A stretch of DNA of 64,000 nucleotides, taken from positions 90,520,001 to 90,584,000 of the forward strand of contig NC_091290.1 in NCBI RefSeq assembly GCF_032444005.1, in the 5' to 3' direction. The DNA is from Ranitomeya imitator (lineage: Eukaryota). The translations under genes and the position numbers were made by a program. The notes under the pieces are model-generated. The model was not told the origin of the DNA, did no database searches, and was given only the letters and a program-made list of their open reading frames with translations. Below, piece after piece: positions 22,438 to 35,609 of the stretch (its first letter is position 1; each line of letters starts with the position of its first letter).

Positions 22438-24954
22438 TCTACTATATAAAGCTGAATGTGTGTGTGTGTGTGTATGTGTGTGTGTATGTCCGGGATTGGC
22501 ATCTGCACCGTCGCAGCTACAGCCACAAAATTTTGCACAGTCACATGTCTGGACCCCGAGAGCATCATAGGCTATATTGTGAGGCAAAATTTTAACCCTG
22601 CGCGTTCCAATTCACCAAACAATTTTGCCCCTATCTACATAATGGGGAAAAAAGTGAAAGGAAAAGTGTTGGAAGCGTCGCAGCTACAGCAACAAAATTT
22701 TGCACAGTCACACGTCTGGACCCTGAGAGCGTCATAGGCTATGTTGTGAGGTGAAATATTAACCCCGCACTTTCCAATTCACCAAACAATTTTGCCCCTA
22801 TCTACATAATGGGGAAAAAAGTGAAAGGAAAAGTGTTGGAGGCGTCGCAGCTACAGAAACAAAATTTTGCACAGTCACACGTCGGGACCCTGAGAGCGTC
22901 ATAGGCTTCGTTGTGAGGTGAAATTTTAACCCCGCGCGTTCCAATTCACCAAACAATTTTGCCCCTATCTACATAATGGGGAAAAAGTGAAAGGAAAAGT
23001 GTTGGAAGTGTCGCAGCTACAGCAACAAAATTTTGCACAGTCACACGTCTGGACCCCGATAGCGTCATAGGCTATGTTGTGAGGTGACATTTTAACCTCG
23101 CGCTTTCCAATTCACCAAACAATTTTGCCCCTATCTACATAATGGGAAAAAATGACAGGAAAAGTGTAGGAGGCAAATTGACAGCTGCCAGATGTGAACA
23201 AGGGGGACTTATAGAATGAGAGCGATGGCGCCAAAAAGTATATACCGTACAGTTGCTAAGGTGGGGCCTCGACATGGGATACTCACCACACATGGGGATA
23301 TGAACACACACAAAATGCGCCACACACTACCACGTGCTTGAACACATATTACCCTCAGCACACATTTCACCACAAATACACCAACCTCGCCACATAAAAG
23401 TCAAAACACAAAAGTCGACACTCAAAACTCGCCACGCGCAGAACTCGCCACATGCAAAAACTAGGCTCTTGCAAAACTCGCCACAAGTGCAAAATTCTCC
23501 TCATGAAAAACTCGCCACACGCAAAACTTGCACACGCGGAAAAATTGCCACATGCACAAAAGTTGCAACACATGCAAAAGTTGCCTCACACAAAACTTGC
23601 ACATACTCAAATGGCACCACACATAATACTCGCAACGCGCAAAACTCGCCATGCGCAAAACTTGCTGCACACAACTTGCTACACTAACCTGTCACATGCA
23701 ACTCGACACACAAAAAGTTGCTACACGCATGTTGCCACACAAAACTCATCTCACAAAAGTTGCTACATGCATGTCGCCACACACAACTCAACACACACAA
23801 CTTGACAAACGAAACTCGCCCTAAAACACACACACAAGTCTGGTATTATCCTTCAAAAATAAAAATCTGATTAATAAGCAGACAAACTACAACAAGTGTA
23901 CTATATAGGAAATACGGCAGCTGTCATTCACATAACCTGTCTATTATGTGTATATGTGAGCTAATATATACTGCCAGGGGGAGGGCTTCCTGTTGGCTGG
24001 GGATTTATCAGGCTGCCAATTTAGCTTACAAATACTGAGGTAAAAATACTGAGCAAATAACGTGTGAACGAGGTCTAATACAGGAGGAGATGACACACAG
24101 GTATATACTATATACAGGGGAGATGACACACAGATATATACTATATACAGGAGAGATGACACACAGGTATATACTATATAGAGGAGGAGATGACATGCAG
24201 GTACATATATATACAGGAGGAGATGATATACAGGTATATACTATACACAGGAGGAGATGACACACAGGTATATACTATATACAGGAGCAGATGACCTACA
24301 GGTATATACTATATACAGGAGGAGATGACATACAGGTATATGCTATATATAGAAGATGACATGCAGGTATATACTATATACAGGAGGAGATGACACAGAT
24401 ATATACTATATACAGGGGAGATGACACACAGGTATATACTATATACAGGAGGAGATGACATACAGGTATATACTATATATAGAAGGAGATGACATTCAGG
24501 TATATACTATATATAGGGGAGATGAGACACAGCAGGTATATACTATATACAGGGGAGATGACATACAGGTATATACTATATACAGGAGATGACATACAGA
24601 TGTATACTATATATAAGTGAGATGACAAACATGTATATACTGAGGTGATGAGGTGAAAATGAGAGGTGTGAGGTGAAAATGAAAAGGTGTGAGTGCAAAA
24701 TGAGAGGAGTGAGGAAAAATAGTGGAGTGATCAGAAAATGACAGATGTCAGGTTGAAATGACAAGTGTTAGGGGGGAATGAGAGGAGTGAGGGAGAAAAT
24801 GAGAGGAGTGAGGGAGAAAATGAGAGGTGTGAGGGGGAAAATGAAAGATGTGATTGGGAAAATGAGAGGCGTGATGGGAAAATAAGAGAAGTGAGGTGCT
24901 ATAACTAACCACAGATATTTACTATGCCCAGGCAACGCCGGGCTCTTCAGCTAG
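22438..24954 (+). mobile_element. Non-autonomous Helitron, family 2, copy 2 (2,517 bp, complete)
   Basis: 5' TC(TACTATATAAA) and 3' hairpin plus CTAG|T. Internally: 4 x ~167-bp repeat, an aaactcgccac array, a ~33-bp gatgacatacaggtatatactatatacagga minisatellite and a tgagggagaaaa array. Confidence 0.9.
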
Positions 24955-26723
24955 TATATATATATATTGCACAGAAAGATAGATAGAATAAAAGCCAGTA
25001 ATACATCTGCTGGCTTCTGTAAAATCACTGCAGGAGCCGACAGGATAGAAGAGATGGATTACATACAGTAAACATATAGAATAGATATATAGATGTCAGT
25101 GACAAATACAATCAGTACATTGTGTGCAAATTAGTGGAAATGTATTTCATTATTAAAATATTATTTTTGGAAAAAAATGTCGTGGGCTCCTGCGCAATTT
25201 TTGCAACCAGCAGGGTGAAAGCTAGCAACTGGGGGCAGATGTTTATAGCCTGAGAAGGGGGTAATACCCATGGAGGTTCCCAGGCTATAATATCAGCTCA
25301 CAGCTGTATGCTTAGCCTTTACTGGCTATAAAATAGAGGAGCCCCCCAAAAAATGACGTGGGGTCCTCCTAGAATTAATAACCAGCAAAGGCTTTGCAGA
25401 CAGCTGTGGGCTAATATTAATAGCCTAGGAATAGGCCATGAATATTGCCCCCCGGCTAAAAACATCAGCACTCAGCCGCCCCAGAAAAGGCGCCAATTCT
25501 GGCACTTAGCCTCACTCTTCTCACTTGCCTTGTAGCGGTGGCAAGTGGGGTAATAGTTGTGGGCGTTGATGTCACCTTTGTAGAGAGAGGCATCAATATG
25601 ACGCCCCCATTACTAACCCTATAGTCAAATTGTTAAAGAATTTTTTACTGGGTTTCTGTGTTTTCTTAATTGAAATAAAGACACAGACTCCTTTAATGTT
25701 CTAAATTAAACCATACTTACTGCCACACCTAATTCCCCAATGCCCTCGATCTCCTGTAATAAAAGTAAAATAATAATCCAAAAATATACCACACCTGTCC
25801 GACGTTGTGTCCCACACTGTAATCCATATCTGGGGGACATACAGTCTGCAACCGTCCCGACTGAAAACCACTGGTGAGTGAGGTGCTGAGAGCAGAGCTT
25901 CAGTGACTAGCGGTGACATCACCGAAGCTGCGCTCGCTCACAGCCTGAACTGCGGTGAACTCTGGACCATGGGAAAATGCCAGTGCACAACTTTGCTGTC
26001 CTATACAGCAAGAAAATGTAAAAAAAACATAACTAGAGTTGAGCAAAATTATTCATGCAGCACTGTCCTGAAATCCATTCTGGCCCTATGTGCTAGCTGG
26101 ACCAGGGCAGGCAGTACCTCTGTGGCCAGCATCACCGGCCATCATCCCGAGCACGTCTGGTGTTCATTGGAACCCATATCATGATGATATTGTTATGCAA
26201 AGACCTAGGGAATAGGCCACAATCAAAGTCTTGATAGCTCTCAAGATGTCTTGAGGCATAGTAAGGATGTCGGATGCAGAAGATTGCCATGATCTAGCTG
26301 TACGAAGGGCAAGTGACAGACCAGGGCAGTGTGTCTTTTTGTTTGACTGTAAGGCAGGCGTCACACTAGAGAGTTTTATGGACGTATGAGAGACGCAAAA
26401 ACAACGCATTATACACGGACCAATGATTCTCTATGGGGCAGCTCCTATCTGCCGTATATTTCTCAGCCTTATTTTACGGGCATAGAAAATCGCAGCATGC
26501 TGCGTTTGTCAGCGTATTGTGCAAAAAATCCGCCAATGAAAGTCTATGGAGGCGAGAAAAATACGGACTACACACGGACCATCAATGTGACTTGCGAGAA
26601 ATACGCATCGATGTTCTATAGAAAAGCCGGTAATTCAGTGTGGTGTACAGTAAAATCACACTGACAGGTTAGAATAGAATAGATCAAATAAATGTCTACA
26701 CATAGTATAGGGAGAAATATACA

Positions 26724-26760
<37 letters not shown>

Positions 26761-26773
26761 AGTGAGACACATA

Positions 26774-28419
26774 CAGTTAGGTCCATATATATTTGGACAA
26801 AGACAACATTTTTGTAATTTTGGTTATAGACATTACCACAATTAATTTTAAACAAGTCAATTCAGATGCAGTTGAAGTTCAGACTTTCAGCTTTCATTTG
26901 AGGGTATCCACATTAAAATTGGATGAAGGGTTTAGGAGTTTCAGCTCCTTAACATGTGCCACCCTGTTTTTAAAGGGACCAAAAGTAATTGGACAATTGA
27001 CTCCAAGGCTATTTCATGGGCAGGGGTGGGCAATCCCTTCATTATGTCATTCTCAATTAAGCAGATAAAAGGCCTGGAGTTGATTTGAGGTGTGGTGCTT
27101 GCATTTGGAAGGTTTTGCTGTGAAGTAAATATGCGGTCAATGGAGCTCTCCATGCAGGTGAACACAGCCATCCTTAAGCTGCAAAAACAGAAAAAACCCA
27201 TCCGAGAAATTGCTGCAATATTACGAGTGGCAAAATCTACAGTTTGGTTCATCCTGAGAAAGAAAGAAAGCACTGGTGAACTCAAAAATGCAAAAAGACC
27301 TGGGCGCCCACGGAAGACAACAGTAGTGAATGATCGCAGAATAATCTCCATGGTGAAGAGAAACCCCTTCACAACAGCCAACCAAGTGAACAACACTCTC
27401 CAGGAGGTAGGCATATCAATATCCAAATCTACCATAAAGAGAAGACTGCATGAAAGTAAATACAGAAGGTTCACTGCACAGTGAAAGCCACTCATAAGCA
27501 TCAAGAATAAGAAGGCTAGACTGGACTTTGCTAAAAACATCTAAAAAAGCCAGCACAGTTCTGGAAGAACATTCTTTGGACAGATGAAACCAAGATCAAC
27601 CTCTACCAGGATGATGGAAAGAAAAAAGTATGGCGAAGGCGTGGTACAGCTCATGATCGAAAGCATACCACATCATCTGTAAAACCCGGCGGAGGCAGTG
27701 TGATGGCCTGGGCATGCATGGCTGCCAGTGGCATTGGGTCACTAGTGTTTATTGATGATGTGACACAGGACAGAAGCAGCCGAATGAATTCTGAGGTATT
27801 CAGGGCCATACTGTGTGCTCAGATCCAGCCAAATGCAGCCAAACTGATTGGTCATCGTTTCATATTACAGATGGACAATGGCCCAAAACATAAAGCCAAA
27901 GCTACCCAGGAGTTTATTAAAGCAAAGAAGTGGAATATTCTTGAATGGCCAAGTCAGTCACCTGATCTCAACCCAATTGAGCATGTATTTCATTTGTTAA
28001 ATACTAAACTTCAGACAGAAAGGCCCACAAACAAACAGCAACTGAAAACCACCACAGTGAAGGCCTGGCAGAGCATCAAAAAGGAGGAAACACAGCGTCT
28101 GGTGATGTCCATGAGTTCAAGACTTCAGGCAGTCATTGCCAACAAAGGGTTTTCAACCAAGTACTAGAAATCAACATTTTATTTAAAATTATTTAATCTG
28201 TCCAATTACTTTTCATCCCTTTAAAAACAGGGTGGCACGTGTTAGGGAGCTGAAACTCCTAAACCCTCCATCCATTTTTAATGCGGATACCCTCAAATGA
28301 AAGCTGAAAGTCTGAACTTCAACTGCATCTGAATTGTTTTGTTTAAAATTTATTGTGGTAATGTCTATGATCAAAATTAGAAAATGTTGTCTCTGTCCAA
28401 ATATATATGGACCTAACTG
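26774..28419 (+). mobile_element. Full-length Tc1-like transposon (1,646 bp)
   Basis: TA on both sides. ~221-bp imperfect TIRs (26774-26995 and 28199-28419) starting cagttaggtccatatatatttggaca. Confidence 0.95.
27131..28167 (+). pseudogene. Tc1 DD34E transposase, inactivated
   Basis: MRSMELS...paired-like HTH, WTDETK, QMDNGPKH, WPSQSPDLNPIE. TGA nonsense at 27482-27484 and a 1-nt frameshift near 27535. Confidence 0.93.
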
Positions 28420-29245
28420 TATATATATATGTATATTTCATACAGCGCTAGATAGCAGAAAAGCCGGTAATTCAATTGCCGGCTTTTGCTTTCTCCTTCC
28501 CAAACCCGACATGATATGAGACATTGTTTGCATACAGTAAACCTTTTCATATCCCTTTTTTGCATGGGTTATCCATGCTGGGGGTAGGCTCATATTTTTC
28601 AGTGCTTTTGCGCTGATTTCATTGATGGCAGCTTGCCAACTATTGTCTTAAACTCCACTAAGGATATGCCCCACTTATTTGATATATCTTTTGTATATCT
28701 TTTTGACGCCAACAGGGCTCATATCTATCTTGGCGTTGCCCTATAGGCACTATGGTCATTTACTCTAGACAAGTTGTGGGGACGCCCTCATTTTGTCTTT
28801 AAATATAGGATTATATCCTTCATATAGGCTTTAGCTCTTACCTGTTATAACTTTGTGTATGCACATATATGATCGTGGGTTTTGTATTATAACACAATTG
28901 ATGCAATTTTCTTGCCTGTAGTAGTTTTTTTGTGCCCAGATTTATAGGTATATATATAGGAGTATATGTGGTTACACCTTATGGGGAAGGGTGTTTTGTT
29001 GTCATGTTTTAATTGGTTTTATGTGATATATGTGTCCTTGTATGTATACAATAAAATGTTGATATATTTTTTTCATCTTGTAGCAGGTGTGCACACATTT
29101 ATGCATTGGCTTTTCTCTTTTTCATTTTGATATTGGTACTATCCATGCATGTTGTTGCACCCTGATCTACGCCTATTATTAGAGACAAGAAAATATATAT
29201 TTATAGTCTTTGTTATAGTGGTGCACCTAATATTTTACTTATTGG

Positions 29246-30406
29246 CCAGGGTCCTGGTCGTCACAGTGGTATTGCTTTCCTCCAGGGGAGAGTGATGCTA
29301 CGTTTGGAGGCAAAGAAGGATAACTGCATCCAGGGATCACAAACATCCAACACATTCACACTCCAGGCCACGAGGGGGAGCTTCTGCTCCTATTTATTAG
29401 GTCACTCCCCACATATATATAACTGGCAGTCTGTAGGGAAAGCCAGTGAGTTCCAGACAGAAGTTAGTTGCTGGCTGAGCTCAGCTCAGCGAGTTCCAGT
29501 CTGAGGAGGACAGAGGGTCCACGGAGCTGTGCATGCCCTAAGAGCTGCAGCTCCCAGAAAGAGACATTGGAAGTCAGAATTGTATTGCAGCGAGCGTGAA
29601 GGAAGTCGAAGCAAAGGAGAGGATACCAGTACGGGACCAGCCCCGAACAGGCTGCCTCCTTCTGAGTCGCAGAGCCCATTAGCCGAAACACCGAGGGAAA
29701 AGGGACCTCTATGCCTTATTCCAGAGACCGGCAGGACAGCTAATTGCAAGTTACCTGTCCGCACCTACACCCAGGAGGTACGGTGACACCCCATAGAGCC
29801 GGGTTATCTAAGAGATCCTATAAACAGGCTCAGGTCACCAGTCATACGGGTTTTGTCCTATCCTATATGGAGGACAGAGAGCGTGAAACATCACATTTGT
29901 GAGACTCTTATTTGAAGCCATAGGCAGTAAGGGACTATACCAATGCAGCGCAAGGGAAGGCTACTGATTTCCACCTAGACAAGGGAACTCTGGACTTGCC
30001 TCCAAATCGGCCGGACTCTGCCTACCCTGTGGTCTAGTGCTCTGGACTGTGGATGCTGAAGTCTTCAGTAAAGGTAAAGAGACTGCAACCTTGTGTCCTT
30101 GTTCTTCACTGCACCTCTCACCATTCTACCATCTACATACTGGGAAGCCCTGGGGATCTACTTCACCTATGGGAAGGTATACCATCTAGCTGCCATAGCA
30201 TCACCGCAGCAGACCCCTTAAAGCAGCGTCGGTCACCCAGACCAAATACCACAGGTGGCGTCACGAACATAAACTTTATCCCTTCAAAGACCTTTCCTCT
30301 TTTATACAAACATCCCAGGGCCACGGACCGGGTCAGCCACCGTGACTTACCCCGTGAACCACAGGACCCAGTACCGAGTACCCCACTGCCCTGACAGGGC
30401 ACTCCA
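29246..30406 (+). repeat. Solo LTR-like repeat (~1.16 kb; left terminus eroded)
   Basis: Reverse-complement homology to 48651-49766 and 52397-53661 (gggcagtggggtactcggtacc; ggtcgtcacagt). Contains agtaaaggtaaagagactgcaacc. Ends ...gggcactcca. Strand assigned from the AGTAAA signal. Confidence 0.7.
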
Positions 30407-31929
30407 GACTCACGAGTTACATTGCTGGGAGCAACGATGTTACAAAGGGTGCGTTTTTTCTGAAGATGGTTCTAGGTTGCGCTGGAATATGTGCTGATAA
30501 AACTGGATCCCCTTTCAAAATGAACCAATATTTTTTCAAGAGGTTTTGTACGACCCCATGTGATTGGTTAAAGGTAGTTATAAAACACTATTTAGTGAAA
30601 TCAGAGTCTTTAGCAGCCCATAAGGGATATTTGAAATCCAATTAGGGAGGTGGACACTGCTAAAACTGAAATAGCTATTTACGTCTACCCTTTTGAAATG
30701 CGTGGATGTTGAAAAGTGACCTTACGGGTTGACATGTACCATTAAATCTTGAAATTGGATTGCTGTACTAGATATGTTGGCTGTGAATTTTAGTCCCCAA
30801 GAATTTATATTCAGGACTGAACAAAATCGAGTGCTTCTAGTTCGGAACTCGTCCAGATAATAAAAGGATCATCAATAAAACGGCGGTAGAGGGCAATCTT
30901 GCCCACCGCTAGTGGGGACTGCGCAATGAAGACGGACTCAAATGCCCCCATGAACAGATAGCATAACTGAGGGTGAATCTCATCCCCATGGCGCAGCCCC
31001 TCAAAAGAAAAAATGTTATTGCTAAGGACAAACATTACTGCTCTTTTTAGAAACTCAATTTACATGGGAGGTAGTTGGCCATCAGTCAGCAAAAATTGAA
31101 TTACCGCCTCAAGGTCTAAATCATGGGGAATATTTGAATAAAGGGCATGTACATCCATGGTTAGCAAAAAGCAGCAGGGGACATTAGGTAGAGATAAAAA
31201 GATGGTCAATTAAATAGGAGTAGTCTCTAAGATAAGAATCCAGGTCCATAACGTATTTTTGCCGGAACAGGTCTACATAATGCGAGAGATTGCTGATAAT
31301 GGAGCCGATACCAGAGATGATGGGCCCCCTTTTTGGGGTCCTTGTGAATTTGGGGTAAAAAATAAAAAAAGGGGATCTTGAATCTGTAGATGATGAGGAA
31401 TTTAAATTCCTTTTTAATCAGGATCCCAAGGGACCAAGCTTCTTTGATAAACCCAATGTATTGGGAAAAGATTGCGGCCGAAGTCTCATGCTCCAGTTTA
31501 ACATAATATTTGGAGGCACTCAAGATTCTGGTGCCCTCATTGATATACCAAGCCCTATCCATGATAACAACCCCACCCCCCTGTCCGCATTTTTTATGAT
31601 TATAATATTGTTAGCTCAAAGAGATTTGAGGGCCATTTTTTCAGCGAAAATAATATTAGAAGATTTTTTAAAAACTGGGGGGAGGGAACGGAGCTCTTTG
31701 AAGATTAGCTGCTGAAAGGTTTCAATATGGGAGCCCTTGTGTTGGACAGGATAAAATTTACTAGAATTCATTTTCGGGTTAACAACTTAACACGTAAATG
31801 CAGTAGGTGTCAGCATCATTAGTAGAAGACAATACCAGAATACTAGAGAAGAACTTATTCTTTTCTTCAATTATGAAGTGGCGTTGTGTAGTCAGTATTC
31901 TGATGAACTCATTAGGATCTAAAAACAGG
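30407..31929 (-). pseudogene. Penelope-like element PLE-2, minus-strand RT segment (degenerate)
   Basis: Fragments FFYFLPQIHKDPK, LCYLFMGAFE...YRRFIDDPFIIWT and FIRILTTQRHF. 30407-30870 is about 90-96% identical by eye to the reverse complement of 50922-51580. Confidence 0.85.
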
Positions 31930-32875
31930 TTAACCCCTTCACGACCCATGATGCCACGTAGGCGTCATGAAAGTCGGTGCCAATCCGACCCATGACGCCT
32001 ATGTGGCATCATGGAAAGATCGCGTCCCTGCAGATCGGGTGAAAGGGTTAAATCCAATTTCACCCGATTTGCAGGGACAGGGGGAGTGGTACTTTAGCCC
32101 AGGGGGGGGGGTGGCTTCCCCCCCGCCCACCCCCCGTGGCTACGATCGCTCTGATTGTTGAAAGTGAAACTGCCAATCAGAGCGATTTGTAATATTTCAC
32201 CTAAAAAACTGGTGAAATCTTACAATCCAGCCATGGCCGATGCTGCAATATCATCGGCCATGGCTGGAAACACTGATGTGCCCCCCCACCCCACCGATCG
32301 CCCCCCCAGTCCACCGATCTGTGGTCCGCTCCCCTCGGTCCTGTGCTCCGCTCCCCCGTCCTCCTGTCCGCTCCCCCCGTGCTCCTATGCCACCCCCCGT
32401 GCTCCGACGCCCCCCCCCGTGCCCCGATCTCCCCCTCATACTTACCGAGGCTCCCGGTGTCTGTACGTCTTCTCCATGGGCGCCGCCATCTTCCAAAATG
32501 GCGGGCGCATGCGCAGTGCGCCCGCCGAATCTGCCGCTCGGCAGATTCGTTCCATGTACATTTTGATCACTGTAATAAAACCTATCACAGTGATCAAAAT
32601 AAAAAAAAGTAAATGAACCCCCCTTTATCACCCCCATAGGTAGGATCAATAATAAAATAAAGAAAAAAAAATTTTTTTTCCACTACAGTTAGAACTAGGG
32701 TTAGGGTTAGGTTTAGGGAATGTGCACATGTATTCTGGTCCTCTGCGGATTTTTCCGCAGTGGTTTTTATAAATCCGCAGTGAAAAACCGCTGCGGATTT
32801 ATCGCGAATTTACCGCGGTTTTTCTGGTGATTTCACTGCGATTTTCTATTAGATTAACCAATAGAGTCCAACTAA

Positions 32876-33219
32876 GGGTACGTTCACATTTGCGGTTTGC
32901 GCCGCAGCGTCGCCGCCGCAACAAAACGCATGCGTCGTGCGGCCCTATCTTTAACATTGGCGCCGCATGGGGCCGCATGTGCATGCGTTGTGTTGCGTTT
33001 TACGCCGCATGCGGCGTTAGGGCGCACCTGTCTGGGCGCGGCAAACGCAACATGTTGGATTTTTTGTGCGGCGCCGACCTTTTAAAAAACGCATGCGTCG
33101 TGCGGCCCTATCTTTAACATTGGCGCCGCATGGGGCCGCATGTGCATGCGTTTTGCTGCGTTTTTGTTTGCGTTGTGCGTTGCGGCGACGACGCTGCGGC
33201 GCACAACGCAAATGTGAAC
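32876..33219. mobile_element. Harbinger-type MITE inside the inverted arm of PLE-1
   Basis: TAA|gggtacgttcacatttgcg ... cgcaaatgtgaac|TAA (right TIR 6 bp short). Internal ~65-bp duplication at ~32924 and ~33087. Confidence 0.7.
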
Positions 33220-33943
33220 TAAGGGTAATATCCCAACTACAGGCACTTCATGCATCATAATTTTCCCTAATTTCCAATCCCATCAGGATAGAAATATAGA
33301 AGAGATCCTTTGTTAAAAAATAAAGTTTATTTAAATCAATTTAAAGAAAATTACAACTATAGCAAGAGTATGTCACAGAAAGGGACATCACCAGGATCCA
33401 GATATATTACAACAGTTATAACCAAGCAAAACTATCAATAGACATTTAAATATTTAAAGCATAGCATATATATTGATATACCAGAGAAAGATGCCACCTA
33501 ATAATGATTTCTACATAATCAGTGTTATCTAGTAATGCTCTACTTCTCCAATCTATAGTCATAGCAAATGTAAAAAACATGTCATTGTTGCTATTTATAT
33601 GTCCCCAATCAATGGATAGGCATAGGTATCGAATTCTCTCATATATATGATCTCTTATTGCACTTATATGTCCGCAGCCTAGTATTAAGCATATGGTAAT
33701 GCTATAGCGCTAGGATTCTAAAGAAAAAATTCTCTAACATGCAGCCTTATAATTATTACCTTCCAGATGACTGAATCACATAGCCATTGCTGCTATACAA
33801 AAAGTGCCGTGCTGATATATTCCTAGATCATATTGTACTCAATGATCTATCAAAGTGCAGTGCAGAGAAAAGTGCAGTAGTGCCAATACCTGTGGGACTG
33901 GTATGCTCATGCTGTCCTGGGTCCGCAATGGCGATGTCCCTTC

Positions 33944-33981
33944 ACCCCGACGCGCGTTTCGCCGCCAGCTTCTTCCGGGGG
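33944..33981 (-). ncRNA. Minimal type I hammerhead-ribozyme-like motif (inverted pLTR copy)
   Basis: Reverse complement reads gcccc-CGGAAGA-A-gctggcggc-GAAAC-GCGC-GUC-ggggu. The core has a U4G change. Folded by eye. Confidence 0.6.
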
Positions 33982-34259
33982 CGCGTCGGGGTGAGGGACA
34001 GCTGACTCTTTATAGTACGCCCTGACCAATAGGTTAGTTAGTCGGCTGCGTGACGTATGTGGCGCATGACAGCGTTGCCTCTCTCGTGTGGAAGTATGAT
34101 CTTCCCCCCTCCGCTTCTGACGCGCAGGCGCATACCGCCTGCCTGTCTGTTTAGGCATCAAGGGAAGATCCCGAGCAGTGGAAGACTGCGCATGCGCGCA
34201 ACCACACCGTCGAAACTAGCGTAACCCGATATGCTTGGTCCTATCTATCATATGGTGAG

Positions 34260-35609
34260 TTGGCAGATTTAATTCTAACGCTCCTTGAGTTTGTATTGAA
34301 TCACAATGTGTTCATCTTTGATCAGAACATCTATTTGCAACTTAGAGGGACCGCGATGGGGGCCTCTTGTGCCCCTTCGTACGCCAACCTCTTTATGGGA
34401 TTTTGGGAGAGGGATTTATTTTTGGGAGAGGACATACCAGAGATCAATAAAGTCCATAATTGGATTAGATATATTGATGATGTGCTGTTTATATGGGAAG
34501 GCACTACAAGTGAACTGGAGTCCTTTATGATCAAACTGAATTCCAACTACAGAAATATTAAATTTACTTTCAAATCCGGCAGGAAACTGGAATTTTTGGA
34601 CATCTTGATTGAGGTAGCAAATGATGGCACATTACAAACGGAGATCTACAGAAAACCTACCTCCACCAATTCCTTGTTGATGGCAGACTCGGCCCATCCA
34701 AGATCGACAATAAGAGGAATACCCATTGGGCAATTCCTGAGATTAAAGAGATTATGTTCAGATGAACGGGCCTTTCATATCAATTCAGCTGATTTGGCAA
34801 CAAGATTTGAGGAACGAGGCTACAGCAGAAGAATGATCCGGCGAGGGTACCATAGAGCTATAAAAACCTCTAGAAACGATTTACTGCATGGACCAACCAA
34901 CCAGAAAATATCTGATGATCAATCACAAATCCGATTCATTTCAACGTTCAATAATAAATGGAAACCATTGACAGACATTATTCGGAAAAACTGCAGTATT
35001 CTCTTGACTGACCCTATACTGAAACAAATTCTTCCACAGGCACCCCAAATGGTGGCAAAGAGAGCACCAAATCTTAAGGACATTCTGGTACATAGCCATT
35101 ACGACTCAAGACGGGACAAGAATAGAAAGAACTACATTGGAACCAATGGATTTTTTCCGTGCGGAATATGTAAGGCATGTTCAAACCTTATTAAATCAAC
35201 AACTTTCGATAATCATGATGGAACAAGGACATACAAAATATTAAGACATCTCAATTGTGCCTCGAAGGGCATAATATATCATGCAGAATGTCCTAGCAAG
35301 AAAGTATATATAGGTTTAATGACAATAGAATTAAAAACTCGAGTCAGAGAACATGTCCGTGACATCGACAAGGCAAAAACAATCGAGGATGAAAATTCAT
35401 TGAAGACGCTTTCCAGTCATTTTAAGAGGTACCACCAATCTAACTCTAGGGGGTTAAAAATTAGAGCTATTGATCAAGTCCTGTTAGGCCCAAGAGGGGG
35501 GAATTTGTCCCAGGCACTAGCACAGCTAGAAAGCCGATGGATTTATCGCCTGGGAACTCTATGTCCCCAAGGCCTTAATGAAAATTTAGGTTTTGCATCT
35601 TTCCTGTAA
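34260..35609 (+). CDS. PLE-1 RT C-terminal half + GIY-YIG endonuclease (5'-truncated, open 449 codons)
   Basis: LQLRGTAMGASCAPSYANLFM, RYIDD, IYRKPT, IPIGQFLRL, CGICKAC, GIIYHAECPSKKVYIG...RVREH, ESRWIYRLGTLCPQGLN. Confidence 0.93.
   Translation: MADLILTLLEFVLNHNVFIFDQNIYLQLRGTAMGASCAPSYANLFMGFWERDLFLGEDIPEINKVHNWIRYIDDVLFIWEGTTSELESFMIKLNSNYRNIKFTFKSGRKLEFLDILIEVANDGTLQTEIYRKPTSTNSLLMADSAHPRSTIRGIPIGQFLRLKRLCSDERAFHINSADLATRFEERGYSRRMIRRGYHRAIKTSRNDLLHGPTNQKISDDQSQIRFISTFNNKWKPLTDIIRKNCSILLTDPILKQILPQAPQMVAKRAPNLKDILVHSHYDSRRDKNRKNYIGTNGFFPCGICKACSNLIKSTTFDNHDGTRTYKILRHLNCASKGIIYHAECPSKKVYIGLMTIELKTRVREHVRDIDKAKTIEDENSLKTLSSHFKRYHQSNSRGLKIRAIDQVLLGPRGGNLSQALAQLESRWIYRLGTLCPQGLNENLGFASFL

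Larger units (their letters stand above)
26353..28560 (+). mobile_element. Second copy of the non-autonomous DNA element family of 18644, carrying the Tc1 insertion
   Basis: TAA|ggcaggcgtcacact start, shared internal motifs, and a (TA)n tract at 26723-26757. The right boundary is approximate. Confidence 0.55.

Noticed and set aside
19926-23160. Regular ~167-bp repeats as a CRISPR-like array
   Set aside because: Whole units repeat with no unique spacers, the context is eukaryotic, and there are no cas genes. They are internal Helitron tandem repeats.
20554-24764. Many 60-117-aa ORFs duplicated between 20.5-22.7 kb and 23.1-24.8 kb
   Set aside because: They are translations of low-complexity Helitron minisatellites with no domain signal.
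26179-26340. Possible host exon on the minus strand (cttgcccttcgtacag acceptor; RSWQSSASDILTMPQDILRAIKTLIVAYSLG)
   Set aside because: There is no convincing donor, no partner exons and no recognisable protein. It cannot be supported without homology or RNA data.
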